Part shown: one piece after another, positions 44,149 through 54,529 of the stretch
Numbering within the stretch: the stretch's first letter is position 1
Layout of the letters: every line of letters begins with the position of its first letter
Assembly (NCBI GenBank): GCA_017466805.1
Contig: JAFTTN010000029.1
Coordinates: 8,928-72,927, forward strand
DNA from: Clostridia bacterium
Lineage (GTDB): Bacteria; Bacillota; Clostridia; Oscillospirales; CAG-382
Direction: 5' to 3'
DNA: 64,000 bases
Made by a program: the position numbers and the translations under genes
Notes under the pieces: generated by a model
Databases searched by the model: none
What the model was told of the DNA's origin: nothing
Seen by the model: only the letters and a program-made list of their open reading frames with translations

Positions 44149-44886
44149 ATGGCTTTTATACCGCGTATATATATCGGAAGCGATAAAATTCAAGATAACA
44201 GAGCCTTTATCGACGGGAGCGATGCCAACCATATCCTGCGCGTTTTGCGCAAGGGTATCGGCGACGAGCTTCACGTTTGCGATATGCACGGCAATTCGTT
44301 TATTGCCACTATTGATGAAATCACGCGGGAAGGTCTTTTTGCAACCCTCGGCGAGCCCGAAAAGCAGGATAACGAAATGCCCTTTAAGGTTTCGGTATAT
44401 CAATGCTTTCCAAAGGGCGATAAGCTCGATACCGTCGTGCAGAAGGCTGTCGAGCTCGGCGCGCACGAAATTATTGCGGTGATGAGCGAGCGTTGCGTTG
44501 CCCGCCCCGATGCAAAAGCGTTTGCAAAACGGCTCGAGCGTTTGAAAAAAATCAGCGAATCTGCCGCCGCACAGTGCGGAAGAAGCTATATTCCCGAAAT
44601 CCGCGGCATAATCGGCTTTGAATCGGCGATAAGCGAAATAGCCCAAAAGGATATCGGATTTGTTTGCTACGAGGGCGATAACACCCGCCCCGTGCGCGAG
44701 CTTTTAAATAAAAAGCCCCAAACGATAGGCTTTCTTATCGGGCCCGAGGGCGGCCTTTCCGAAAAGGAAACCGCGCTCGCAAACGAAAAAAGTATTGCTC
44801 TTGCGGGCTTGGGCAAGCGTATTTTGCGCACCGAAACGGCAAGTGGCTACGTTCTTTCGGCTATAAGCGTTCTGCTTGAAATATAA
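44149..44886 (+). CDS. rsmE: 16S rRNA (uracil1498-N3)-methyltransferase RsmE
   Basis: 245 aa. HILRVLR, the SpoU-like knot region IGPEGGLSEKE, and LGKRILRTETA. Confidence 0.85.
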   Translation: MAFIPRIYIGSDKIQDNRAFIDGSDANHILRVLRKGIGDELHVCDMHGNSFIATIDEITREGLFATLGEPEKQDNEMPFKVSVYQCFPKGDKLDTVVQKAVELGAHEIIAVMSERCVARPDAKAFAKRLERLKKISESAAAQCGRSYIPEIRGIIGFESAISEIAQKDIGFVCYEGDNTRPVRELLNKKPQTIGFLIGPEGGLSEKETALANEKSIALAGLGKRILRTETASGYVLSAISVLLEI

Positions 44887-44890
44887 AATA

Positions 44891-44925
44891 AGAGCAAGGG
44901 CTTTCGCTCTTGCTCTTTTGTTGTT
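44891..44925. terminator. Terminator hairpin between convergent rsmE and the M23 gene
   Basis: Stem AGAGCAAG/CTTGCTCT followed by a T-rich tract. Confidence 0.55.
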
Positions 44926-44930
44926 TTGGC

Positions 44931-46556
44931 TTATTGCTGATAAAACCACAACGGATCTACGAATACGCCGTCGATGCTTATTGCATAGTGCAGCGCGGTC
45001 TTGCCGTTGGTAAAGCCGGTGTTGCCCGTCTTGCCGATAATTTCGCCGTCGGTAACCGTGTAGCCGACCTGAACGTTAAGGCTTTCCAAATGGTAATAAT
45101 AGCTGTAAATGCCGTATCCGTGATAGATAATTACCGTGTTGCCGGTGGGCGCAAGCACACCGCTGAACACAACCTCGCCCGCTTGTGCCGAACGTACCGA
45201 GGTGCTTTCCTCTACAACGTATACAACACCCTCGCAAACTCTCTCGCCCGAATCGCCGCTTGCGGCGGTAGTGCCCAAATTAACGGTCTGGCCGAACGTG
45301 TAAGCCGGTGCTTTGTTGCCGACAGGGTAATTCAGCTTGCCGGTGGCAAAGTTAAAATAATCGGTTTCGGGCCGTGTGGTCGTTGCGGTTGCGATAGCCT
45401 TTTTAAAGTTTTCCATTTTTTCGGGCGAAAGCATCGAGGAATATTGCTCTTCGCTTACCTCGATAGGCTTCCATTCGCCGTTTTCGCGCTCGGTAACCGT
45501 AATCGTTTCGGTCGTACTGCTTACCGCGGTGGTAATTTCAAGCGAATAATCGCCCTTTGCGTTTTTCAGTCCTATCGGGAGCAGGGCAATACCCTTGCTT
45601 TCATCGGTAAGACCGAAATCGATTCGCGGAATATCGAGAATAGTATTAAGCCCAAACGTTTCGCTTGCGTTCAAATGCGTTGCCGAAACGACAATAACGT
45701 CGCCAACGGTGTATTCGTTTTTGGGAATTTCGATAACCGCGGGAACGTCGTAGATAATATTAAATTTGTACTTCGCTTCGCCCGATGCCTGCGCGCCGTT
45801 CATACCGCTCCACTTCACCGTAAAGGCAACCGCAAGCTTGGTATCGAACGAAAGGTCGAGCTGCGAAATATCGTTTATCGTATATTCGCTTCCGTTGTCG
45901 GCGATATACGAAATATCTGTCATCTGGTAGGGGCGTACCTCGTTGTCGGGCGTGAATACGAGCTTGTTTTCGAGCCCTTTCAAAATAATATAGGTTTCAT
46001 CGCCGTTTGCAAGCTTTTCGGGCGAATAGGAATAAACGTTTCCGTCGGTCTTGTAGTATTCCCAAACACATTCTGTCGGGGCAACCTCATAGCTGCTTTC
46101 ACCGCTGACCACCGAAAGCGTGGGAAGAAAATAGGAGGAATACAAATAATCGAACTCGCTCATAAGCAAAAGCTGCTTTGCCGTTTCGGTTTCGGGCACG
46201 AAAAGGTCGCCGTCGGGGTCGATAAGCAGACAGCCCGAAAGGTTAAGCGAGGGGTAGAGCTTGTATTCGAGAGGAGAATCGCCGGGGTATAAAGTTATGT
46301 AAACCGGCTTTTCGCCCGAAACGTCGCGCATTGCGGTGCTTATCGGAAGTGCGTTTTTAAGCATATTTACGAAAAAGTCGATATCCTCCTGCGAATCGAA
46401 GCTTGCGGTGGCGGAATCGGGTGCGCTTAAAGTAACCTTGCTTACGCTGTCAAGCGAGGAATAGTATATAGAAAAGCAGAGAATAACGGCAAGCGGCAGA
46501 CATAAAAAAGCCACGAGAAAGCCGTTGCCTCTTTTTTTGTTTTTTCCGTTTGCCAT
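44931..46556 (-). CDS. Membrane-anchored M23-family metallopeptidase (541 aa)
   Basis: N-terminal basic segment plus TM helix. C-terminal M23 core GNTVIIYHGYGIYSYYYHLES...GKTGNTGFTNGKTALHY. Confidence 0.75.
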   Translation of the reverse strand: MANGKNKKRGNGFLVAFLCLPLAVILCFSIYYSSLDSVSKVTLSAPDSATASFDSQEDIDFFVNMLKNALPISTAMRDVSGEKPVYITLYPGDSPLEYKLYPSLNLSGCLLIDPDGDLFVPETETAKQLLLMSEFDYLYSSYFLPTLSVVSGESSYEVAPTECVWEYYKTDGNVYSYSPEKLANGDETYIILKGLENKLVFTPDNEVRPYQMTDISYIADNGSEYTINDISQLDLSFDTKLAVAFTVKWSGMNGAQASGEAKYKFNIIYDVPAVIEIPKNEYTVGDVIVVSATHLNASETFGLNTILDIPRIDFGLTDESKGIALLPIGLKNAKGDYSLEITTAVSSTTETITVTERENGEWKPIEVSEEQYSSMLSPEKMENFKKAIATATTTRPETDYFNFATGKLNYPVGNKAPAYTFGQTVNLGTTAASGDSGERVCEGVVYVVEESTSVRSAQAGEVVFSGVLAPTGNTVIIYHGYGIYSYYYHLESLNVQVGYTVTDGEIIGKTGNTGFTNGKTALHYAISIDGVFVDPLWFYQQ

Positions 46557-46682
46557 AACAGTCCTCCAAAATAATACTCCAATATATTTTATATTATCAT
46601 TTTAATTATGTCAATAGTTTTTCCCGCTTAAAAATAAGCTTTTGGGGAATAAATAACAAAAAAGCGAAAGGGAAAAACAGGT

Positions 46683-48092
46683 ATGAGCGAATACGATAGC
46701 TTTCGTGACGGCGTTTGCCTTCTGCTTGCCGATTGCGAAGATCTTATATGCCGCGAAAGCGGAACCGAAAAATCACGCTACGCGTTGATTTTTATAAAAG
46801 GAATAACCGCGCGGGATTTTATTTCCGAACGGCTGCTGCGCCCGCTTATGCGTGCCGATACGTCTGCCTTCGACGGCAATTTCGGCGCTCTGCTCGAATC
46901 GCCCTCGCTTGCCTCGCCGTTAGATACCGCATCCGCCGCAGACGGCTTGGTTAAGGGCGAGGTGTTAATAATTGCCGAAAGCGAAAAGGGCTTTTTTAAA
47001 ACGCTGGCAAATGCACAGTACACCCATGGGCGAAGCGTGCAGGAGCCCTCGAGCGACGTTACTGTACGCGGGCCGAAGACGGGCTTTGTCGAGGACGCCG
47101 AGATAAATATGGCATTGCTGCGGAAGTATATCCGTACGCCTGCTTTAAAATTCCGCCGATTTGCAGTCGGCAGTATTTCGCAAACCAAGGTGATAATGGC
47201 TTATATTTCGGGCAGGGCAGAGGATAGGCTTGTAAACGATATTGCAAAACGGCTCGGCGAGATTAACGCAACGGCGATAACCGACAGCGCGAATATTACT
47301 ATGCTGCTTTCGGGCAGTAAAGACAATTTGCTGCCCACCTCCGCAAGCACCGAAAAGGTCGATAAAGCGGCTTCGAAGCTAATGTCGGGGCGTGTTGCCG
47401 TGCTTGTCGACGGAAGCCCCTTCGTGTTAACTCTGCCATGCGTTTTTGTCGAAAGCCTTCAGGCCTCCGACGATTATCTTCATACCCCTTATTACGCAAC
47501 CTTTATAAGATGTCTGCGTCTGATTGCCTTTGCCGCCGCGATATACGCCCCCGCGGTGCTGTGTGCCGCCGTTTCGTATAACTATTCCACCATACCCAAC
47601 GAGCTTTTGGGAATAATTGCCGATTCACGCAAGGATATACCGCTTTCGTTCTTTTGGGAAATCGTTGCGGTGCTTTTTCTGTTCGAGATTCTGCGCGAGG
47701 TCGGTGTGCGAATGCCCCGCACGGTTGGCGATGCGGTGGGAATAGTCGGCTCGATAATTTTGGGCAATACCGCCGTCGAGGCGGGAATAGTGTCATCAGT
47801 CGGGGTAATAACGGTTGCCTTTTCCGCGGTCTGCGCCTTTATCACCCCTGCGTATATGTACGTTATAGTGCTTGCGCGGTTTGCAACGCTGTTTCTTGCC
47901 GAGATGTTCGGTATATACGGTATCGGGCTTTCGGTTTCGGTGCTGCTTTTTATGCTATGCGGAAAAAACAGCTTCGGCGTACCGTATATGACGCCTCTCG
48001 CACCGTTCGATAAAAGCGGAATGCAGGATTTTGTTTTTAGCTGGCCGAAGCGGGTTTTGGGCAGAAAAGAGGAGCTTGGGGGTAAAAAATGA
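46683..48092 (+). CDS. Spore germination protein, GerA (A-subunit) family
   Basis: 469 aa. Soluble N-terminal half plus a C-terminal 4-5 TM region with the GerAA-type pattern (LPCVFVESLQASDDY, YYATFIR). Confidence 0.75.
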   Translation: MSEYDSFRDGVCLLLADCEDLICRESGTEKSRYALIFIKGITARDFISERLLRPLMRADTSAFDGNFGALLESPSLASPLDTASAADGLVKGEVLIIAESEKGFFKTLANAQYTHGRSVQEPSSDVTVRGPKTGFVEDAEINMALLRKYIRTPALKFRRFAVGSISQTKVIMAYISGRAEDRLVNDIAKRLGEINATAITDSANITMLLSGSKDNLLPTSASTEKVDKAASKLMSGRVAVLVDGSPFVLTLPCVFVESLQASDDYLHTPYYATFIRCLRLIAFAAAIYAPAVLCAAVSYNYSTIPNELLGIIADSRKDIPLSFFWEIVAVLFLFEILREVGVRMPRTVGDAVGIVGSIILGNTAVEAGIVSSVGVITVAFSAVCAFITPAYMYVIVLARFATLFLAEMFGIYGIGLSVSVLLFMLCGKNSFGVPYMTPLAPFDKSGMQDFVFSWPKRVLGRKEELGGKK

Positions 48093-48730
48093 TATTTATT
48101 TGCGCGCTTTTGCCGATCTGCAATCTTGCGGCAGTATTGGCATACGGCGGTAGCTGCGCGGCTTTGTCGGTAATATTAAGCTTTTTGCTTTTGCCGCTGC
48201 TCGCGCGGTTAAAAAGCGGCTCGGCTTTGCTTTTGCCGCTTTTGGCGTTTTCGGTTGCGTTGCGGCTTTGCGCCGTGTTTGCCGAATCGCTTTCGGCGCT
48301 CGGGTGGGTGCGCTCGTTGGCTGTGGTGCTTGCCTGCGTTGCGGCAGCCGCCTTCGCGGCGTATAACGGCGACAGCGTTTTCCATACACCCACGCCGATA
48401 TTTTTTATAACCGCGTTGCTCGCTTTGTATATATCCATCGTGGCGGCAGACAGCACCGAGTTTTACAGCCTGTCGCGTCCGTCTGCGGTCGAAACAGCTT
48501 CGTCAATCGTTTGTCCGCTGTCCTCTTGCATAGCATTTTCGGGTTTAACGCAATATCCGCCGCAAAAGCGAATTAAGGGAGGGCTCTGCGGAGTGTTGGT
48601 CTGCGCGGTGTTTTTGCTTTTTAAAAGCGCAAGCGCAGAGCTCGGCTTTATATCGGTGCCGCTTGCAATATCGGCCTCTGCGCAGGAAATAAAGGCGATT
48701 GTCGGTATTATTGTCAAAGCAAGAGAATAG
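48089..48730 (+). CDS. Ala/Leu-rich polytopic membrane protein (213 aa), translationally coupled to the gerA-like gene
   Basis: ATGA overlap with the upstream stop. About six hydrophobic segments. Too short for a canonical GerAB. Confidence 0.5.
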   Translation: MIFICALLPICNLAAVLAYGGSCAALSVILSFLLLPLLARLKSGSALLLPLLAFSVALRLCAVFAESLSALGWVRSLAVVLACVAAAAFAAYNGDSVFHTPTPIFFITALLALYISIVAADSTEFYSLSRPSAVETASSIVCPLSSCIAFSGLTQYPPQKRIKGGLCGVLVCAVFLLFKSASAELGFISVPLAISASAQEIKAIVGIIVKARE

Positions 48731-48750
48731 AATATTCTCGGTGATGATAA

Positions 48751-49347
48751 ATGCTGTTTGTAAAAAAAGAAAGGCTTATTCTCGGCGAAGCCTGCATAAA
48801 GGAGGAGCTTTCGGACAGCGAAGGCGTAATTCTTTTAAAAATCAACCTTAAATGTCCCGAAATCAATGCAAAAAAGCGCGAGCCGCTATCGGTTTTCGCA
48901 AAGAACTTTTATTCCGATTTAATAAATTCCTTTGCCGAATATGCCAAAACCGAGCTTTTAAAAGCGGCAAAGGAAAAATATTCGGAATCCACCGAAGGCT
49001 TTTTGCCGTTTGCCGCGGTTATGAATTACCGCGTTACACGGTTTGACGAGCGTTTTCTTTCGGTGGTTATCGATATTTCGGTTTCCGACGGTGCGGGCAA
49101 TATATCGCACGAGCGAAAAACGCAGGTTTGGGAACGAAGCTTCGGAACGAAGTGCAGGCATACCTGCCTTATAAACGATATGGTGCTCGACGAATATCTG
49201 CTGCAGTCGTTTTCGAAAAAGGAAATAAAGCGTATCGACCGCGAGCTTTTTGCACTTACCGATAACGGCTTCGAGCTGTATATTAGGCGTGGAAGCGAAT
49301 ATACCTCCGTTTGCGTTCCTTATGAAAAAATCGAAGCGAAATTTTAG
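48751..49347 (+). CDS. Hypothetical protein (198 aa)
   Basis: No lipobox and no recognisable motif. Third gene in the gerA-like cluster. Confidence 0.5.
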   Translation: MLFVKKERLILGEACIKEELSDSEGVILLKINLKCPEINAKKREPLSVFAKNFYSDLINSFAEYAKTELLKAAKEKYSESTEGFLPFAAVMNYRVTRFDERFLSVVIDISVSDGAGNISHERKTQVWERSFGTKCRHTCLINDMVLDEYLLQSFSKKEIKRIDRELFALTDNGFELYIRRGSEYTSVCVPYEKIEAKF

Positions 49348-49417
49348 ATTTGTATTTACTTTTTTTGACATTCTGTTATAATACTTGTATAAACCTTTAT
49401 TATAGGAGAAAAGTGTT

Positions 49418-50473
49418 ATGAAACAGATTCGTATTGCTATACTCGGGCAAGGCAGAAGCGGCAGAGATATCCACGGCTTGCATTTAAAAAAGGATACCGA
49501 GCGCTTTAAGGTCGTTGCCGTTGTCGACCAAATGGAAATACGCCGTAACCGCGCCGCAACCGAATACGGCTGTGACGTTTACGCCGATTACAAGGAAATT
49601 TTTAACCGTGACGATATCGACCTCGTCGTTAATTCGCTCCCCAGCAATTTGCATTTCTCCGTAACCAAGGATCTTTTGGAGCACGGATTCAACGTTCTTT
49701 GCGAAAAGCCTTTCGTGCCCACCGTCGAGGAATACGATATTCTCGTTTCTATCGCCGAGGAAAAGGGCTTGCATCTTCTTGTGTTCCAGCAAAGCCGCTT
49801 TGCCAACTATTTCTTAAAGGTAAAAGAGGTTATCGCTTCGGGCAAGCTCGGCAGAATCGTTCACGTCGGTATTCAGTTCAACGGCTTTGCAAGACGTTGG
49901 GACTGGCAGTGCTGTCTTGATTTAAACGGCGGCAACCTTGCAAACACCGGCCCTCACCCGCTCGACCAAGCGCTTAATATTCTCGATTATTACGACGGAA
50001 TGCCCCAAGTATTCTGTCATATGGACCGCTGTAACACCTTCGGCGATGCAGAGGATTATTGCAAGCTTATTCTTAAAGCGCCCGACAGACCGATTATCGA
50101 CCTCGATATTTCCTCCTGCGACGCATACCCCGCATATACCTATAAGGTCGAGGGTACCCGCGGTACCTTGAAGGGCAATATGGCTCATATCGATTGGAAG
50201 TATTTCAAAGAAGAGGAAGCACCCGAGCAGCACCTTATCCGCGAATCGCTCACTATGGGCGAGGAAAAGCTTCCCGCATATTGCAGCGAAACGCTCAAAT
50301 GGTACGAGGAAGCTTGGGACGGCGATCCCCAAGCCCCCTTTATCGCGGCTGTTCAAACCTATTACGACCAAATCTATGCGCTCTTCACCGAAGGCAGAGA
50401 GCACGATATTAAGCTTTATCAGGTCCGCCAACAGCTCGCAATTATCCGCGAAGCACACAGACAGAATTTCTAA
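49418..50473 (+). CDS. Gfo/Idh/MocA-family oxidoreductase
   Basis: N-terminal Rossmann motif IRIAILGQGRSG and the EKP motif LCEKPF. Confidence 0.85.
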   Translation: MKQIRIAILGQGRSGRDIHGLHLKKDTERFKVVAVVDQMEIRRNRAATEYGCDVYADYKEIFNRDDIDLVVNSLPSNLHFSVTKDLLEHGFNVLCEKPFVPTVEEYDILVSIAEEKGLHLLVFQQSRFANYFLKVKEVIASGKLGRIVHVGIQFNGFARRWDWQCCLDLNGGNLANTGPHPLDQALNILDYYDGMPQVFCHMDRCNTFGDAEDYCKLILKAPDRPIIDLDISSCDAYPAYTYKVEGTRGTLKGNMAHIDWKYFKEEEAPEQHLIRESLTMGEEKLPAYCSETLKWYEEAWDGDPQAPFIAAVQTYYDQIYALFTEGREHDIKLYQVRQQLAIIREAHRQNF

Positions 50474-50515
50474 ACCGTATATTAAAAGAGGTTGCAAACG
50501 CAACCTCTTTTTCGT

Positions 50516-52159
50516 TCACTCGAGTGTTTCTACTTCTTCCTGAAATACATTGTATTCAAAGCTTGTTACAAAGGAATCGCCGCCCGTAAGCTCTCTTAAT
50601 TCCTCGCGGTCGATAAGCGTTGCGCTTCCGTCTTCGGAGATAAGGAAATAGGTGTTGTCGTTACAGTACCAGTTTCTGTCGTCTATGATTTTCCAGCCGA
50701 TACGGGCAACCGAATATATTTTTCCGCCGTATTTAATATATTTGCCGGCAATCATAGCCTTGCTTACAGTAAGCTTGTCGGTAATATCGGTGTGCATCGG
50801 CGAAAGTGAATCGATATCCGTATTTTCGAAGAAATCGGCAATATTCGGGAGCTTTTTAATCTCTTCCTCGGTAAAGGCTTCGCTGTAATACGTCACGTCG
50901 CCGTCCTTTTCGGATATGCGTATCATTTCGTTCGTTGCAAATCCGTAAATATAGCGTTCAAAGAATATTGCCGAGCCGTTTTGAACGTATGCCTCCTGTG
51001 AATAGATCCCGTTTTCAAACGGCTTGCAGTGTGCCAAAACCTCCTTTGCCTCGTCGTATGCGAATATTTCGGAATACAAAACACGGTCAAGCGGCGTGTG
51101 ATACATATCGCTCAAGTAATTCAGAACGTTTTTCTTTGCCTGCTCCAACGTGTCACCGCTCATAACAAGGAAATTGTCGCGGTCGTCAAAAAATTCGATC
51201 AGATATTTTTCTTCGTAAAAGTAATTTTTCCAGCCATTTTCACGCCACAGTGAAATATCCAACACCCCGTCGGTAAACGGAACAAAGCAGAACTCGTGGT
51301 AACCGGGAACGGTTTCAAACATCATCGAAAATGCTTCCGCGCGTTTTTGCGTTTCGTTTGCAAGAACGTAATTTTCAAACCCCTTTTGCTTGAACGCAAA
51401 AAGTATTTCATCGTAATTCAAAAGCGCGTTTACGTCTAAATAGCTCGGAACGGTAAGAAATATTTCGTTCGGTAGATTTTGTCCGTAAACCGATTCGGTT
51501 ATCTCCATTACTATAACACGGTATCTTAGCTCTGCCGTACTCGCACCCAATCGTGCGTAGGTATCTGGTAATATCTGCTGTACCTTGCCGACTGCCGTCA
51601 TGCCCATACCGAACAGTACGTAAGGCGGTGCTTGTTCTTCCGTCAGTCCCGAACCGCCCTGTGTTGCGCCCGCAAGAACCGGATTAAGCCATAACGGCTC
51701 GTTGCTCATCGTGTGGTTTAATTCGGAAGGCGGTATCGGCACAGAGGTTTCGCCGCCAGAAACGTCCCCGTGTGAACTTTCGTCGGGCAGTGAGCTCTCG
51801 ACGCTTTGCGAGGTGTTACCGCCCTGCGATGTAGTATTAGACGTCTCGCTTTGCTCGGGATCGGAAACGGCTTCCGATATAACGTTCGAGCTTTCATTCG
51901 GCATTCGGCTGCTCGGGTTATCGCCTTCGAAGCTCTCGAACACACTCGTTATATTGCTGTAATGCGGAATATCGGTATTGCCGCCGAAGCTTAATACCGC
52001 GATCAGCGAGCCGATGATTATGCAGAAGCACGCCGCGATTGCAACCGTTTTCAAAATACGCCGATTCTTCTTTTGCGGAAGATGCATTTTTTCTATTTTT
52101 TCGTATCTGTCGAGCAGCTCATCGTCTATCTGCCCGACTGCATTCAAGAATTTTTTCAT
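50516..52159 (-). CDS. Single-pass membrane protein with a large extracytoplasmic domain (putative anti-sigma factor)
   Basis: Short cytoplasmic N-terminus, TM helix VAIAACFCIIIGSLIAVLSF, and a 4-nt overlap with the upstream ECF sigma gene. Confidence 0.6.
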   Translation of the reverse strand: MKKFLNAVGQIDDELLDRYEKIEKMHLPQKKNRRILKTVAIAACFCIIIGSLIAVLSFGGNTDIPHYSNITSVFESFEGDNPSSRMPNESSNVISEAVSDPEQSETSNTTSQGGNTSQSVESSLPDESSHGDVSGGETSVPIPPSELNHTMSNEPLWLNPVLAGATQGGSGLTEEQAPPYVLFGMGMTAVGKVQQILPDTYARLGASTAELRYRVIVMEITESVYGQNLPNEIFLTVPSYLDVNALLNYDEILFAFKQKGFENYVLANETQKRAEAFSMMFETVPGYHEFCFVPFTDGVLDISLWRENGWKNYFYEEKYLIEFFDDRDNFLVMSGDTLEQAKKNVLNYLSDMYHTPLDRVLYSEIFAYDEAKEVLAHCKPFENGIYSQEAYVQNGSAIFFERYIYGFATNEMIRISEKDGDVTYYSEAFTEEEIKKLPNIADFFENTDIDSLSPMHTDITDKLTVSKAMIAGKYIKYGGKIYSVARIGWKIIDDRNWYCNDNTYFLISEDGSATLIDREELRELTGGDSFVTSFEYNVFQEEVETLE

Positions 52160-52740
52160 ATATAAATACCCTCGCTTTCAAATCTTTTTCGCAGTTCGCT
52201 TTTAATTGCTTTAATACGCTTGTGTACCGTTGCTTCGCTGCATCCGAGCCTTTCGGCAATGCTCGATATAGGCATAGCGAAAAAGTAACGGCTTACGAAA
52301 ATATATAAATTTTTATCGGAGGTGCTTTTTAAATATGCGTTTATTACCTTGCTTATTTCCTTTGCTTCAAGCTCGGCTTCGGGCGTGCTCGAATCGGGAA
52401 TGAAATCCCGAATCTCGTCGAAGGAAAGCAGCGAGCCGTGCGGAATACGCTTTTTGCGGTTTTCGTTTTCGTATTTGTCAAAGGCAAGGTTGCGCGTTAT
52501 TTTGGCCAAAAACGCGCGGAAAAGCTTCGGACGGTTGGGCGGAATTGTATTCCATACTCTTAAATAGGTATCGTTCACACACTCCTCGCTGTCCTGCTCG
52601 CTATGCAAAACGTTATATGCGATTTTTAAAAGATAGCTTTTGTATTTGCGCTCGGTTTCGGTTATTGCCTTTTCGTCGCGGTCAAAATATAATGCTATTA
52701 TTTCTTCGTCGGAAAGTAAAACGCCGTTATTCCGTTCCAT
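52156..52740 (-). CDS. ECF-type RNA polymerase sigma-70 factor
   Basis: Region 2 (YKSYLLKIAYNVLHSEQDSEECVNDTYLRVW) and region 4 HTH (MPISSIAERLGCSEATVHKRI). AAGGAGG RBS before the ATG at 52740. Confidence 0.85.
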   Translation of the reverse strand: MERNNGVLLSDEEIIALYFDRDEKAITETERKYKSYLLKIAYNVLHSEQDSEECVNDTYLRVWNTIPPNRPKLFRAFLAKITRNLAFDKYENENRKKRIPHGSLLSFDEIRDFIPDSSTPEAELEAKEISKVINAYLKSTSDKNLYIFVSRYFFAMPISSIAERLGCSEATVHKRIKAIKSELRKRFESEGIYI

Positions 52741-52902
52741 ACGAACCTCCTTGTGAATGGCCATTCACCTATATAGACGGCAAAAACACAAAAAACTGTA
52801 ATCTGTTTTAATTTTAGCACAAATTATTTCTTTTTTAAACAGTCGTGCCGTTTTTGCATAAAATAATAAGGTATTGCCAAAGAATAATTACGGGGTGTTT
52901 AT

Positions 52903-53937
52903 ATGGAATTTTTTGCAGGTGCAAACACGGTTAACGGGTTTAAATCGCTTTTCGAGGAATGCTTTGCCGGAATTTCGCGGTTGTATATATTAAAAGGCTC
53001 GAGCGGGTGCGGAAAATCAACGCTTATGCGCCGTATAGCAGGGCGCGCGCAGAGAGAGGGAATTGATTTCGATATAATCCGTTGCTCTGCCGACCCCGAA
53101 AGCCTCGACGGCGTTATTCTGCCATCGCTTTCGGTTGCCGTTGCCGACGGCACAAGCCCGCATTTGCTCGACGTGAAGTATCCCTGCGTGCGTGAAAGCA
53201 TTATAAATTTGGGACAGTTCTGGGACGAAGCAAAAATTATTCCGCACCGAGAAAAAATAATATCGCTTACCGATAAAAAAAGCGAACGCTATAAATCGGC
53301 GTACGCCGCGCTTGCGGCATACGGCAGAGTTTTGGAAATGATAAGGCTTACCGTAAACGAATCGATTTTAAACGAAAAGCTCGATGAATTCGCGCTTTCG
53401 TTTACCGATAAGCTATCCTCGTCGGGTGAAAAAAACAAGCGTCTGCTTTGCTCGGCGTTCACAAGCGAGGGCGTGAAAACGCTCGAAAGCTTTGGGAAAA
53501 TACAAACTCTGTACCATATAAACGGCATCGCCGCACAGCAGGCGTTAAACGCACTGCACCGCACGGCAAACGAGCGCGGTATCCACCACACCGCAATCTG
53601 CTCGCCTTTGGATATTTCACAGCCGGAGTCGCTTTACTTCGAGCAATCGAGCGTGCTCGTTACCGTTGCCGAAAATCCGCCCTGCGCCTCGTTCGGCACC
53701 GAAAAAACCACGTCGTCGGCTCGGTTTATCGATAAAGGTATAATATCCGATTCGCGCGCAAGGCTAAAAACGCTTAACCGCTTGGCAAACGAGCTTTTGG
53801 ACGATGCAAAGAGCGAGCTTGCGCTTGCAAGAGCAACGCATTACCGTATCGAAGAGCTGTATATTCCCGCGATGAATTTCGAATTGCTCGATGAATTTAC
53901 CGCAAAGCTGATTAATTCGATCTTTGCGAATAAATAA
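52903..53937 (+). CDS. P-loop NTPase of unknown function (344 aa)
   Basis: Walker A GSSGCGKST near residue 32. Otherwise unassigned. Confidence 0.6.
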   Translation: MEFFAGANTVNGFKSLFEECFAGISRLYILKGSSGCGKSTLMRRIAGRAQREGIDFDIIRCSADPESLDGVILPSLSVAVADGTSPHLLDVKYPCVRESIINLGQFWDEAKIIPHREKIISLTDKKSERYKSAYAALAAYGRVLEMIRLTVNESILNEKLDEFALSFTDKLSSSGEKNKRLLCSAFTSEGVKTLESFGKIQTLYHINGIAAQQALNALHRTANERGIHHTAICSPLDISQPESLYFEQSSVLVTVAENPPCASFGTEKTTSSARFIDKGIISDSRARLKTLNRLANELLDDAKSELALARATHYRIEELYIPAMNFELLDEFTAKLINSIFANK

Positions 53938-53982
53938 ATACAAAACGCCATATATATCAATATGAAAGGACGGTTGATATAT

Positions 53983-54414
53983 ATGGAGCACAGCAGAAGA
54001 AGAGCAATGCAGGGTGATATAAACGTGGCGGCTGTAGGTTTAATAGGCGGCGGTATAGGCGCAGGCGTAACCGTATTGTTGCTGCTTTTGCTTCCGCTTT
54101 TGCTTTTAACTCTCGATGATCCAACCCCTGCTTTAACCCCAAGCGTTTGCCTTTGCGTATTCATCGGCGGCGGTGTATGCGGCGGCGTTTCGGCGTTCAA
54201 GTGTAAGCACGCACCGCTTGTTGCGGCGCTTATCGGTGCGGCTGTGGTTCTTGTGCCGGTGTTGCTTTTGTCGATAATAATCGGGGGAAGCTTTTTGGCG
54301 GCATTGCTCGTTTCGGCGGTGCTTCTTGCCTCCTCGCTGCTTTGTGCCTTTTTGCTTTGCCGTTTCAAAAACGACAAAAGGCGTAATATGAAAAAAGCTC
54401 TAAAACGGCGCTGA
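53983..54414 (+). CDS. Small Gly/Leu-rich membrane protein (TIGR04086/YrzE-like)
   Basis: Four hydrophobic segments. The start is ambiguous, with 53962 also possible. Confidence 0.5.
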   Translation: MEHSRRRAMQGDINVAAVGLIGGGIGAGVTVLLLLLLPLLLLTLDDPTPALTPSVCLCVFIGGGVCGGVSAFKCKHAPLVAALIGAAVVLVPVLLLSIIIGGSFLAALLVSAVLLASSLLCAFLLCRFKNDKRRNMKKALKRR

Positions 54415-54529
54415 TGCAAGCCGTTGTAAGCTATTTTGCACCCGATTCTCTATGCGTTAAAATAATTAACTTGATTTTTTCTTCGTTTCGTGGTATCATA
54501 TTAAAAATAAAGGTAAAGGGGTGTGCGTG

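Noticed and set aside
44910-46292. 460-aa ORF on the plus strand.
   Set aside because: It is antisense to the M23 peptidase gene (44931-46556), whose C-terminal M23 motifs are clear. The translation has a shadow-ORF composition (Arg/Gly/Val/Ala-rich) and no recognisable motifs.
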